Positions 13,809 through 26,762 of a stretch of DNA of 64,000 nucleotides are shown here, in pieces; the first letter of the stretch is position 1; each line of letters starts with the position of its first letter. Location: NCBI GenBank assembly GCA_951406725.2, contig OX597821.1, positions 64,294,001-64,358,000 on the forward strand, read 5' to 3'. A program made the position numbers and the translations under genes. The stretch is from Octopus vulgaris (lineage: Eukaryota). The notes beneath the pieces were generated by a model that was not told the DNA's origin, made no database searches, and was given only the letters and a program-made list of their open reading frames with translations.

Positions 13809-14438
13809 TAGACTGTATGACGTTAGATTTTAATTTTTGTCGTTTAAACCGTCTAATGTTTATTGGCAATGATTCAAGAAAAATATCGAATGTCTGATTT
13901 TTGGAGTAGACCATACTTTCCAGATGGCGTATTTGTTTCTCTTTTGCTTCTTAACGACTAGTTTTTTGTGGACCTGCTTAACATTTGAAATAAATACAAG
14001 TTATTCAACTCAGTACAAAATTTTAAAATAATGAATTCTAAATAAAAAAAAAATTCGTAGGCTTACGGCCAAGAATTATAGAAGAAAGTATGGTTCATTC
14101 AATAAGAAAATAACCGAATCATTAGAATGTCGACCACAATGCCTTGTATTGTTTAGTACGCTTCATCTACTTTCTGTGCTTAGCCCATTCACTGCCAACT
14201 TTTTAATTCATATATTTTTGGCTTTGCCAGGTGTTTTAGGAGTTAAAATAATATATAATATTTAAATTTTCTTCATATGTGAATTATTTTGGAAATTATG
14301 ATAAATTTTTCGAAATTTCTCAAATGGGGATCGCTGAAAAAAACATATTTATCCTTTTCTATTCAATTGAAGTAATAAACATTTTAGGTTTTTTTTAAGC
14401 TTTAGTATAAAATACGAAGAGATGAGATGGGTAGAAGT

Positions 14439-14575
14439 GAAGAGAGGAAGTAGATGTCAGATGAAGAGAGGAAGTAGATGTCAGATGAAGAGAGGCAGTA
14501 GGTGTCAGTTGAAGAGAGGAGAGGAGTCAGATGTAGATAGGAGGGGAGAGTCAGATGAAGAGAGGAGGGGAGTTG
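14439..14575. repeat. 24-bp purine-rich minisatellite (gaagagaggaagtagatgtcagat), three good copies plus decayed ones
   Basis: Visible tandem units; produces the KRGSRCQM repeat in the ORF track. Confidence 0.85.
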
Positions 14576-15033
14576 ATCCCATATGGAAGAAAGGAGCGAA
14601 GAGAAGATTAATTCTTGTTCACGGTGAAGGCGAGAAACCGGATGGTCCCTGTGCAAAGACAATCCGAACACAGACATATGTTGTAGCCTGTGCGCAGTCA
14701 AATTACTGAAACAACTAAAAGAACAGTGGTGTTTTTCATGAATTGAAAAACACCACTACACAAAAACACCATTACATCACACGAAAGAGACAGATTCATG
14801 ACAAGCATCCACCAAGAACACCACCCAGTAAAAAGTGGCCTATAAAAAACTCTTTAACAATAAACCCAAGTGGATGAAACAACAGCAGCAAGGATCTCAG
14901 TGTGATAAGATTCATCACAGATACTCAGACAATATCGACAAGATCGTCATGTCGGAATGTAAACTACTAGAGGACTTCGGCGCCAAGACACCGAAAAACA
15001 ATACTGCCACCACCACCAACAACAACAGCAACG

Positions 15034-15142
15034 TGGAGGCGCAATGGCCCAGTGGTTAGGGCAGCGGACTCGCGGTCGCAAGAACGCGGTTTCGATTCCC
15101 AGACCGGGCATTGTGAGTGTTTATTGAGCAAAGACACCTAAG
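15034..15142 (+). mobile_element. SINE family C 5' end (tRNA-like head), truncated
   Basis: ggaggcgcaaTGGCCCAGTGGttagggcagcggactcgcggtcgcaagaacgcgGTTTCGATTCCcagaccgggc has A and B boxes but no acceptor-stem pairing, and continues into a CORE-like ttgagcaaagacacctaa. Confidence 0.8.
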
Positions 15143-15395
15143 GCGGGGAGGGATGTCTTCAAAGTGGTTCTTATGCTAGCCAATATTGCACATGCAACAG
15201 ACAATGAACCGGTTTCTAACCTAGATCATTAGAATTTCAACATCAACTCTAGCATATTTTTTATGTATGTATGTATATTGATTCTGTTATTATCATTTTT
15301 AAATTGTCACACTAGATAATAATAGAGTCAATGATATCTTCGCAAATTATTTTCTCGTGATTTATATTTTTTCTCGGGAATTATCGCTCCGTATA

Positions 15396-15468
<73 letters not shown>

Positions 15469-16311
15469 GTGTGTGTGTGTGTATGTATATATGTATGTAT
15501 ATATACATATATGTATATAAATATATATATAAATGTACGTATGTCTGTATACATATAATATATATCTTGGTTTTAATTTTTCGTGAAGCATTCGGTGAAA
15601 AGAACGAAAGCGCTAAGAAAGAACTATTCAAAATTCTGACTGCCTTACAATATTTGCACACCACTTCAAACACTACACACACACACACACACTCACACAC
15701 ACACATACACACACACACACACCACACGATAATGTTGTTTCCGAAAATGAATTTTTTATAGACCAGCTATGAGGGATCAAAAAGAACTTCGGTAAAAATC
15801 ACGGTATCCATGACCCTCGCGTCTTCGTAACAGTATCAAGGATAACAATTCCTAATATGTCCCTGAACATTCAAGAAATGGGATATGCTATGAAAGAGAT
15901 TTGACTGCTATATCAAGCAGTTCCTTTGAACTACTTCAGTCCAGAAGCAGACTCCAATAATTCAAGAAAACTAACTACGCCGTATCTAAATGTCAATAAC
16001 GAATATTTTATCAGATGTGTGCATGTTTTAAAACGTTGGTTTGATGACTTCGAAAAGGCAGGAGTCTGAATTTTCTATAATGACGAACTTTAACATTTAT
16101 TCCCCCAAACTGGTATTTTATTTTGTACTTTAGCAGCTTAGGCAGGTAAAAGAAAAACCGGTAGTCTTCCCAGCTATTATCGCTTCAATAACCGCCAGAA
16201 GACGTCATGAAAAGAAATTCTTAGAATTGATGAGTTCTGTAATGTCGGATAGTAATTCACTGAATTCAAATGCTAATCGTTTATGTGTTTGCCGCTCAAG
16301 CACGAAGACAA

Positions 16312-16322
16312 ATAATAACAAC

Positions 16323-16381
<59 letters not shown>

Positions 16382-16466
16382 TGATGATGATGATGATGAT
16401 AATAGCAGCAGCAGCAACAACAACAATAATAATAATAACAATAATACTAATAATAATGATAATAAT

Positions 16467-16527
<61 letters not shown>

Positions 16528-16571
16528 GTAGTAGTAGTAGTAGTAGTAGTAGTAGCAGCAGCAACAACGGC

Positions 16572-16606
<35 letters not shown>

Positions 16607-16680
16607 AAGAAGAAGAAGAAGAAGAAGAAGAAGAAGAAGAAGAAGAAGAAGAAGAAGAAGAAGAAGAAGAAGAAGAAGAA
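16312..16680. repeat. Compound trinucleotide array (AAT)n/(GAT)n/(AGC)n/(AGT)n/(GAA)n
   Basis: Directly visible; gives the poly-N/S/R/L/I/E ORFs. Confidence 0.97.
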
Positions 16681-16689
16681 ATGAACAAA

Positions 16690-17405
16690 TAAAAAAGAAA
16701 AACCATGGAAGGAAAAGAAAATGTACGGTCAGTTTGCAAGAGATGTGAACGCCAAGACAGATATAGAGGACCGGTGACTATGGATGAGAAGGAGTGACCT
16801 GAAGAGAAATAGAGAAGCACTCATATGCGCAGCTGTGGAAGATTCGTTAAGGACAAATTATATGAAGTGAAGAACTGACAACACAACCGATAGCAACAAA
16901 TGCAGAATCTGTGGTGAGATGGTTGAAACGCTACGGCACATCGTTATCGAATGTCCGAAAATAGCACAATGCAAATATAAAAGACGCCATGAAAATGTGG
17001 CAAGAATGATCCATTGGGAGCTCTGTGGAAATCACGGTCTACAAAGAGCAAAATCGTGGTATGAGAAAACTCCAGAATGTGTCACCGAAAATGAGAATTG
17101 CAAAATCTTGTTGGATGTAATAATCCAGAGCGATCACCCGACCAGATATCGGAAACTGGACATTGTTGTGGTGAATGAAAAACAAAGAATGTATATGATA
17201 ATCGATATAACATGCCCCGGTGATAACAGTTTCAATGTGAAAGAAGAAGAAAAAATAAACAACTATGACGATTTGAAGTGGGAAATACGAAGTTTGTCGT
17301 TAATGAAAAGAGTAGACGGGATTTCGATAGTAATTGGTACAGTTGGAAGTATCAGCACTCAAATACTAGCATGGCTGAAAAAGATCCGTGCAAGTGTGAA
17401 GGTTT
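16690..17405 (+). pseudogene. R4/Dong-like non-LTR retrotransposon 3' fragment: zinc knuckle plus restriction-like endonuclease
   Basis: Translates EALICAAVEDSLRTNYMK*...KCRICGEMVETLRHIVIECPKIAQ.KYKRRHENVA..IHWELC...KLDIVVVNEK...IIDITCPGD...KINNYDDLKWEI...IVIGTVG. CCHC knuckle, RH.. and PD-(D/E)xK-type motifs; in-frame stop upstream. Confidence 0.88.
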
Positions 17406-17499
17406 TACTATTAGTCTTATTTATGATCATCAACGATATATTGTACGGGCAGGAGTCTAGTATCTGAGAATTATGTCTGTTAAAGTTGTAATATTTCAG

Positions 17500-17930
17500 G
17501 TTTGAAAGAATTTTAAGAGTACCGGCTATTTTCAAGTTGATAATGTTCTTTGCATGTGGGCAGTACCGTTGTAAAGAATTCTTTATAGATTTGATGCCTT
17601 GGTGGTTTCCTGGTATTTGACGATAGTATTGAAAATGTCAATTGGTATTGTCCCCAAAGCTCCGATGATCACGGGTGTAGTTGTTCTTAGATGCCACATT
17701 TTGTTTGTGAAACCTCTATTTCAAGGTCCTATATCTACTTAACTTTTCAAATGTTTTTCATAGAAGAATTGCCGTCTGCTAGGATTGACATATCTATAAG
17801 TAGTAATTTTTGTCAACGTGATATTTTACCACAATTTCCGGTCTATTATCATGAATAGCACGATCGGTTTGAATAGTAACGTCCCCAAAACGGTGATAAT
17901 GGTGATATTTTGATGTTCGGTGACGAGTGT
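17500..17930 (-). pseudogene. Second R4/Dong-like endonuclease fragment
   Basis: Minus-strand pieces read DVTIQTDRAIHDNRPEIVVK, KMWHLRTTTPVIIGALGT and GTAHMQR, with frameshifts. Confidence 0.8.
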
Positions 17931-17932
17931 CC

Positions 17933-19130
17933 TTAAATCTCAAGAATCTTTCTTAGGTTTTTTGCAAAGAACAGGATTGTATTTTTTTGGCGGGTCTCAA
18001 TTCCAAAACGCTTCATACTTTTTTGTAGCCGCTTGGGTCTTGTGCCAAGTGCACTAATTACAATAGGAATAATTGTCATCTTGTCTTCTACGTTTTCTTT
18101 TCCCTGGCTGGACCCCAATATTTCACAGTTTTCTCAATTTCTTTGGTCTCCAGTCTTTCGTCATATCATATTGCAAATGTATGATGCGACATTGTTTTTT
18201 GGGGCCAATTTTTATGGGGAGATCCCATGAATTCTTGTAGTCACTTTTCTCCGTTACGGCCTCTGGCTTGTGTTCATAACATTTTCCATATTCCTTTGAA
18301 TCTACACACTCGATTAACATTCCAATGCTTTGTTCTTCCGACACAGTCATTTCTGTGCTTATTCCATTTTGGCGCCAGCTTACTGCATTTACGTCAAAGA
18401 TAGTTAATATTTTCGTTCCTTTTCCTCAGATTCTGCATTTGCAGTCTGAATAAAGTTATCAATCTTTGCCTTTATCCAAATCTTCCTAATGGCTTCTTCC
18501 TGAGCGGCTATAATCAGTGATTCCATCAGTTGCAACCAGCGTTCTATACGTCTAACATTTTCGGTTTATTGCATGAAATGGCCATTAAATTCTTTATTTC
18601 CAGTTTGTTGTGTTGTTTTTCTGTTCTTGAATTCTCTAGTTGTTTCGGTAACGCTTTGGTTATTTCTAGCTGTCGATAGTACTCATTCTTTAATACATAA
18701 AATCATAGTGTTTTTAAACCCAGTATCGCGTTACTAGCAGTGTATTTTGCGTTTAACACTCCGCTGTCTTCATCTCTTGGTAGAGAGAGCTTTTCGATAA
18801 TACTTATAGGGTGCAATGCGTTGTGCATTATTAGTAGCGTCTTAGTTATGTTTATTTCCGTAGCTCTGTCCGTGTCTATTTTAGGAAAGGCAGAGTATCG
18901 TAAAACTGGGATGGCCAATGCATTCATTGCTTTGATAATATTTCCTTCACGTAATTTTGTTTCGAGTACTTACTAATTTTTCTCTTGTTCTTTTTGGATA
19001 TTTTCTCTTTAATTTCTCATTTCATTACCCTATCGTTCTGTAGTACTCCCAGGTAATCGTATCCCTCATTATTTCTCAGCAATCTGATGATATCTTCTAG
19101 TGGTAATTTTATACTGTCAGAATTTATCTT
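17933..19130 (-). pseudogene. Third R4/Dong-like fragment, RT thumb to endonuclease C-terminus
   Basis: Collinear ORF-track pieces YDYLGVLQ, NALAIPVLRYSA...LLIMHNALHP..IIEKLSLPRDE, YEHKPEAVTE...WDLPI and IIPIVISALGT...LRKILEI; multiple disablements. Confidence 0.82.
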
Positions 19131-19559
19131 TCGTGCATGTGCGGGAAATAAGTCAAGATTATTTGAAATCAGTAAGTCAATATCCTGCATTTTAGGGTTC
19201 ATTAGTTTGAACTTTTCTTTTGATTCCATGATCGCTTGTGCATGATCGATATTGAATCGATAATATAATGGAAAATATTAACATACGAGTGTCGATGTTT
19301 TCCCTGAGAAGCTAAGGTGCTTAGAGAAATCTCTACCATTGACAATAAATGTTAAAATTTCTCTTAAAGGAAAAGTCGAATTTGTACTTTTTCGAAGACC
19401 TCAATATCACTTACAGTAAAAAAAATATATTTGTTTATTATCTGCAAACCTTCAAAGACAGTGAGTGCAATAAAAAAGACAGCATACATTAAAGAGGGGT
19501 TTCCACAAGACGCAAAAAAGAAATTAAAATTAACAAGAAATGATAATAGATTATCAAAA

Positions 19560-19900
19560 AAAAGTATCCAACAGGGCCTGACCTGGTTATCTGTTGGTTA
19601 GGGCCACAAGTATTCCAGCTGATACGATCAACATTGACAATAAATGTTGAAACTAACTGCAAGTGACAGAACAGTCCACAAGCACTCGTACTCTTGACGT
19701 AGTTCTTAGGGAGATTCACTGTGACAGTTTGTGATAAAGCTGGAACTTCGAATTACAGGTACAACTAGTTTTTGCCAACTGAGTGAACAAGAAGCAGATT
19801 ATCTTACTTAAAGACAGAACGCGCCGCCGGGAATCGAATTCGCGACCTCACGGTACGATCGTGAGCTTAATACTCGAGCCACTAATCCATGCAGCCACAT
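19560..19900 (-). mobile_element. SINE family C, decayed longer copy
   Basis: ttttgccaactgagtgaac...gccgccgggaatcgaattcgcgacc...cgtgagc...ccactaatccatgc: reverse-complement B box and A box preceded by body sequence. Confidence 0.65.
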
Positions 19901-20039
19901 TTATCCAACAGGATCAAGAAGTAACTCTTCACTTTCTGGATTACCATGTCCACCACGGATTAGTGCACTCTCTCAGCTGTCATATCCCGGTCTGCTGATG
20001 CACATATATAACAGGTTTGTTTATTCGTTCCATGTTTGC

Positions 20040-20580
20040 CAATTGTACCAGCATTTCAATGAAATTGCTGCCATGCTGCAAGTAGATCCTTTTCTAACCT
20101 TAACTTCTTACCTAAATGAAAGTTTAAAATGTCGGGAAATGCTTGACCAAAGGAAATAGCACTCTGCCTTCAGTACTTTCGGTCATATCCTCTACATAAC
20201 TTCTTTTGGCAAAACTTACGGACAAAAAAAATACTGCTTGCCCTCCTGACGAAAAGAAGGAAGCTAGGTGATATTGTCGAGGGATTACGAAAAATGCTGG
20301 ACCCATCCTACACGTGACAACAATACTTGTATACCGAATGAATGGCTGCATAGCTGTTTCGTTGTTTTGTGTGCATCTTGGACTTGCAGGCTGACGAAAC
20401 TTCTACACCTGTAGAGTTGGGTATGAACCGGTAGTGTTTCCACTCCGAAGCACTACCTGGCTTGGCACTGCTCAAAAGTCACCTGAATGAAATTTCTCCT
20501 CAAGAGACCCGGAAGTTGATTCTCGGTGATGTCGAGAGTTCTTACCAGAATGTTGTCGGATAGCACAAGTCCTCTATAGA
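20040..20580 (-). pseudogene. Probable L1/Tx1-like LINE ORF2 C-terminal remnant
   Basis: Minus-strand pieces TLPVHTQLYR, SPRCTQNNETAMQ (decayed CxxC-x4-ET-xx-H), GQAVFFLSVSFAK and LNFHLGKKLRLEK are in the expected order; recognised from memory only. Confidence 0.5.
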
Positions 20581-20595
20581 AAACTAACGAGGAAA

Positions 20596-20810
20596 AAGGC
20601 GGCGAGCTGGCAGAAACGTTAGCATGCCGGGCGAAGTTAGCATGCCGTTACGTTCTGAGTTCAAATTCCGCCGAGATCGATTTTGCCTTTCATCCTTTCG
20701 GGGTCGATAAATTAAGTACCAGTTGAGTACTGAGGTCGACCTACTCCCTTTGTCTGTTCTTGTTTGTCCCCTCTATGTTTAGTCCCTTGTGGGCAGTAAA
20801 GAAATAAGAA
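20596..20810 (+). mobile_element. SINE family A with internal deletions
   Basis: aaggcggcgagctggcagaaacgttagcatgccg...gtgggcagtaaagaaataag. Confidence 0.9.
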
Positions 20811-21110
20811 AAATAACGAGAAAATTCTACCGGAAGCTTTGCCTTAACAGTAGAGAGCAGTGAGCGCCTAGAAAAATTCCAGATATTCGCTGTCCAGCTT
20901 TGTTTATATACAAGAATGCTGTTGACTGTCAATAACATTCTAGTAGAAGAATAACATATATATATATATACATATGTGCGTGTGTACATGCCTCAATTCA
21001 TATAAATACGTGTGTATGTATGTGTATATATACATACACATACATGCATACATCTATATACATATAAACATAGTGGAAATAGAGTGATACAGATTATTGA
21101 TATTAAAAAT

Positions 21111-21340
21111 AAGGCGGCGAACTGGTAGAATCGTTAGCACACCGGACAAAAATGCTTAGTGGCATTTCGTCTGTTTTTACGTCCTGACTTCAAATACCAT
21201 TGTGGCCGTTCCTCTGTTTCTAAGTTCAAATTCTGCCGAGGTCGACTTCGCTTTTCCTTCTTTCGGGGCCGTTCAAATAACTACTAGTCGAAAGCTCCTT
21301 CCCCCAAATTTCAGGCCTTTTACCTATAGAAGAAAAGATT
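21111..21340 (+). mobile_element. SINE family A, decayed
   Basis: aaggcggcgaactggtagaatcgttagcac...cccccaaatttcaggccttttacctatagaagaaaagatt. Confidence 0.85.
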
Positions 21341-21523
21341 ATTAAAAGGAAGAATATATCAGGGAGAAAACTCACCGATCCCTATTCAGTGTTACATACA
21401 AAGAGAGAACTGGAAAACTTCTATTTACTGACATTATCCAAGTATAATCTCTCTCGCATGTTTATAATACTTAAATAAACGAAGCGGGATAATTTGTCCG
21501 ACACATGATCAGCATTGATTGAA

Positions 21524-21640
21524 TACAAGGTGGTATCAAAAAGTTCCTGGACTAGTTCTCTAGCGCACCAAGAGATGGCAGCACACGGTTACGTGCGCAT
21601 GAGAACTAGCAATGACGTTCATGAGGCAGTGAGCCGAGTG
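21524..21640. mobile_element. Single mariner-like terminal fragment
   Basis: tacaaggtggtatcaaaaagttcctggac resembles the TIR of the MITE at 43000 and 26178; no partner TIR found. Confidence 0.45.
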
Positions 21641-22013
21641 AATCCGAAGTCTTCTTAGACTTTCATCAGAGGAATTACTTCTGCTGTCCACAAAGATAAC
21701 AGTGGCGTGTAGCTATATATCATGAATAGAAAGTACGACCATCCACAGCTGGTCAGTCTAATTTGCATTCAAGTGTAAAACAATCGAGGAAATCATAATT
21801 TTTTTCATAGTAGGGCTAAACTAGTATGTTTATTAAAAATGTCACACATCATATTTTAGTAATTCAGTTCATTCAAAAATGTATAATTCTGTAATGCGTT
21901 ACTAATTAATTAGCTATTCTGCTCAATATGTTGCTAGCTAATGGATTCTTATCCAAGCAAGACTAATCTGTTTATCTGAGTCCTAGTTGGTATACTCTGC
22001 AAATGCACACACT

Positions 22014-22069
<56 letters not shown>

Positions 22070-22251
22070 GTTTGTGTGTGTGTGTGTGCGTATGTGTATG
22101 TGAGACTAATTTTATTTTGTAGATAAGTCCTTTACATGTTCTAAGTCCTTTACTTTTAACTAAATAAGAAAACTTTCAAGGAAAATTCTTCATAAGTAAA
22201 TGAAAGAACTGATAAGAGAAGTAAATAATCAGAAGAGTAAAGATACTATAG

Positions 22252-22298
<47 letters not shown>

Positions 22299-22769
22299 GA
22301 TAGTGATGATAATAATAACAAATAAATAATCAAAAGGTTATGTAGAATGTGGAGATCTGAACATCTCTTGTGCTAGATGTACAAACACCCCAATTAGATT
22401 TGCGGTTGAGGCAAGTCTTACACACTCTTACGCAGACGGACTCTGTAACTTGCCTTAATGTAGTATCACATTCATGGGTAGATAAGATATCTAGCCTAGT
22501 TTATCTATTGACCCGTTATGGCAATCTAGTACATGCTGGTAGAAAACAAAGGTAAGTTTGTTTACAACAAATCCATTTTAATATTCCCTGAATATTAATA
22601 CTGGTACAATTTTAATCTAAGTAGAGTTCAGAGGGATCTGCTCATGCGCCTTCTCGGCATTAATCCCATACACTGTGTATCTCACTTTGCAGTTGATGTG
22701 TAGGTAGGTTTGTGACAAATACCGAGCAGTTTATTCGGCAGACGTCATTGACAAAGGGCTAAGTCTTAT

Positions 22770-22774
22770 TACTA

Positions 22775-22863
<89 letters not shown>
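22770..22863. repeat. (ACT)n repeat
   Basis: Directly visible. Confidence 0.97.
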
Positions 22864-22864
<1 letters not shown>

Positions 22865-23182
22865 TTCCTGATGCTATCATCACTCTCACCAACTCCTTAT
22901 ACAGTTTGTATCAAGCAGTCTCCATTTCACCGTTCTGTGGTTAAGAATTGAGAGATTCTCTTCTTTGTAGTCATTAAACCCTGATTCTGCTAGATTGCCC
23001 AATGGTATAATTGTCCCCACTTGGAGAAGAAAGGGAGAGCGCATCCCACAACCATGAATTTCAAACAAAAATCGAATGATCTGACTTGGAATGAGCCCCA
23101 AGGGATGACAACCAGAATGATTGACCTATTTAGATGAGAGAAAAATATATATAGACCTCGGGGTTTCAGATATAATTATTTT

Positions 23183-23224
<42 letters not shown>

Positions 23225-23747
23225 CTTGGCCAACAACCTAGACTCTCTAACCAGTTTCAGTAGAACTATGTCAGTGACCAGGTTGCAGATAGCACGGTGA
23301 AAATTTTGACAACAAGTAATACACAATTAAGTAGAGAGAATAGCACGCTGTGCAAAATGCTTAGAGGCATTTCTTCCGTTTTTTCCACTCTGTGTTCAAA
23401 TCTCGAGCTCAACCTTGGTTTTATCATTTTAGGGTTGATAAAATAAAGTACCAATCTGGTATTGGGTTAGGCGTACGCGTCTTGCGCCCAGCTCTCAAAA
23501 ATTGCTGCCCTGTAACGCAACAATGGACCGTCGTCCCGTTCAGAGAGAGTGTAGTAATCTTGGTCGTTTATACACCATGCAATCCGGGTCATCGGACTAA
23601 GGAGTCTTAATGAAGTTACAAGAAAAAGATTTTGTGTACTTATGAATGTTTAATGTGTCTTCCCCGTTGTAATCGCCTTAGTTTCGACGCACTGCCACAA
23701 AATCTTATCACTTACCAGAAAAATACGTCTCCGAAATTATCTATCTA

Positions 23748-24262
<515 letters not shown>

Positions 24263-24283
24263 ATCTATCTATCTATCTCTCTA

Positions 24284-24361
<78 letters not shown>

Positions 24362-24689
24362 GGTCTGTCTGTCTGTCTGTCTGTCTCTCTGTATGACTGT
24401 CAGTCTCTTTGTCTGTCTATCTGTCTATCTATTTATCTATCTATATATCTATCAATCTATCGATCTATCGATCTATCCCTCACTCTATATCTGTCTGTCT
24501 ACCTGCCTGTCTGCTTGCTTGTCCATCTATCAGGCTTTAGTCGAAACACACGATCTCAGTACCTATCACAATATGGTATTAAATCTATAGGAATCTATTA
24601 TTCGAACAGCTACGTGACGGGCTGCATAGGGACACAATAAATATAGGAAACCGATGTCAACAAATAACAGCTCAGACACACACACATGC

Positions 24690-24757
<68 letters not shown>

Positions 24758-25017
24758 TATGTATATATATATACACATATATATGTGTATATATATATGT
24801 ACATATAGATGTGTGTATGTACGTATATGTGTATAAGTTTGTATACGTGTAATATATTTATGTATATAAATGCATATATATAGGTATGTGTTTGAAAATA
24901 TATATTATGCAGTTGTTATTTTCTTTGTGAATTTTATTGTGTACATTCTTATAACATGCGCATGTATATTCAAAGTGAACTAAAAATGCATACGTATATA
25001 CCAACATACCCAATAAG

Positions 25018-25069
<52 letters not shown>

Positions 25070-26177
25070 ATATGCATACATATATAGATAAAGATATACC
25101 TTGCACAGTTATACACATTTTCAGATAGATACACACATACGCACACACTTTAAACACTTGAAATGAGAATGGTAAACTTCAAAGGAAAATGTAAATTATA
25201 AAAGAAAAAGATGAACATTTTCTAAAAAACAAGAGTATTTTCTTAATTAAAATTTTTCTGTTTTTTTGTTTTGATTTTTCCAATTATTTAAATGTGTTGA
25301 GATGAATTTTTTGAATCTATTTTTATGAATTTGAATCTTTGATTTTTTTAAAACCATTTTTGGCGTCAAATTTCCATTTCGAAATAAATTAAATATTTAT
25401 TTTACATACTGTTGACGTCATCAAAGATAAAAATACGTTTTTGGATTTATTTTGTGTAGATTATTCAGTCATTGTTTCAGACAGTTGACTTCTTTTTAAT
25501 ACATTTGTATACATATTATTCATGAGACGAACATTTTTAAGGCTCTGGGAAACCTTCTCATAAAAGCGTTTGCTTGCTAAAGTAGTATTTTCGAGAAGCA
25601 AAGTTTCCTTTGAACATAATTTTTGGAAAGTTTAGTAGCAGAATATTAATGTTTAATGAACATGTTTGACAATGTCTCTTGCCTCAAGCCATTGCACGAA
25701 AAATCTGTCACATCAGGAATTTTGACGGGTTCAATATAATTAGTGTATTCAAACATTGTCTGTCTGAATCTTCTTCAGCCTAATCTCGTTTACAAACGTT
25801 TCTTGCGAATCATATAAGCAATTAGTAAAATATTTGAAACGGTACATATCTAACTCCGGTAGCTGCGTATATAAATATGGTGATTGTCTCTTCTGTACAG
25901 AAGACCATCTCTTCAATTAGTAAATTTGGCCATGAGATCCAAACATTATATGAGATGTTACAAATATTTTTAGACAGAAAGGTGTCTAGGAATGAAATCA
26001 AGCCTTGTTTACGAATTGCTCGTTTCAAGATGAAGAGTTCAACATCCACATTGAGAGTATCAAGGATTTTTTTCATTTTTTAGGGCGGGGTGGGGGGTGA
26101 TATCTCTAAAACGTGTCTTAAATTTATGACCAGGTCGTTTATCATGTTGCAGCTTTCGGTAAAACTCCCTGTATGTA

Positions 26178-26762
26178 TACTAGGGGGGTACTGAAACTTT
26201 CCTGGCTTTAAGGGTGTCCGAATTCTTTTACAGAGCTTAGAAAAAAACTGAAGAACCGCTGCAATAAGTTTTTGAATCTGAGAAGTGGATATCTATTATT
26301 TAAAATCCGTTCTGTCTGTCTGTGTGTGTGTCTACTAGGATCTCGGGCATCCTAAATCCGATTGCGCTCAAATTTGATATGTAGATACCGACGGTATCAG
26401 GGCGTGTATAAGTCTTGCAAGAATTACAAAAATCGATTGTGTTCTCCCACTCAACAGCCTTATCATTACTGGTACTTTAAACTCTTCGGTTGCAATTTGT
26501 GCGAATAAAATCGTTTTTGTTTTGGAATAGAAAAAAGTCTATCTTTATTTCTTCTGTTGGTGTCTTAAATTTAGGTTAAATCGGTGTTTCTGAAAGGACA
26601 AGTTGTTTTGAGAAAATTTGGTTTAAATGTTTGACAACTCAGCACCGTCCATTGAACGGCGGGGGGGGGGGGTGCTCATGTTGAATATAATCATAATTAA
26701 CTGATCCTCCTGTATTTTGTTTTTTTTTACCCAAAATCAGGAACTGTTCAGCACACCCTCGT
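26178..26762 (-). mobile_element. Mariner-like MITE interrupted by a ~390-bp insert that begins like a Helitron 5' end
   Basis: TIR-like ends gggggtactgaaactttcctgg / caggaactgttcagcacaccctcgt; both halves match the reverse complement of 43000-43223. Insert at about 26291-26677 starts a|tctattatttaaaa...ctgtctgtctgtgtg. Confidence 0.72.

Noticed and set aside
14610-14710. Cys-rich stretch reminiscent of a piggyBac C-terminal domain
   Set aside because: Cysteine spacing is unconvincing, a stop lies just upstream and no transposase core or TTAA-bounded TIR pair is visible.
15034-15110. Possible tRNA gene
   Set aside because: A and B boxes are present but the acceptor stem does not pair and the sequence continues into SINE body; treated as a SINE head.
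25600-26076. Possible L1/Tx1-like remnant (FCTEETI)
   Set aside because: Only one weak motif; I could not establish collinear motifs by eye. BLASTX would be needed.
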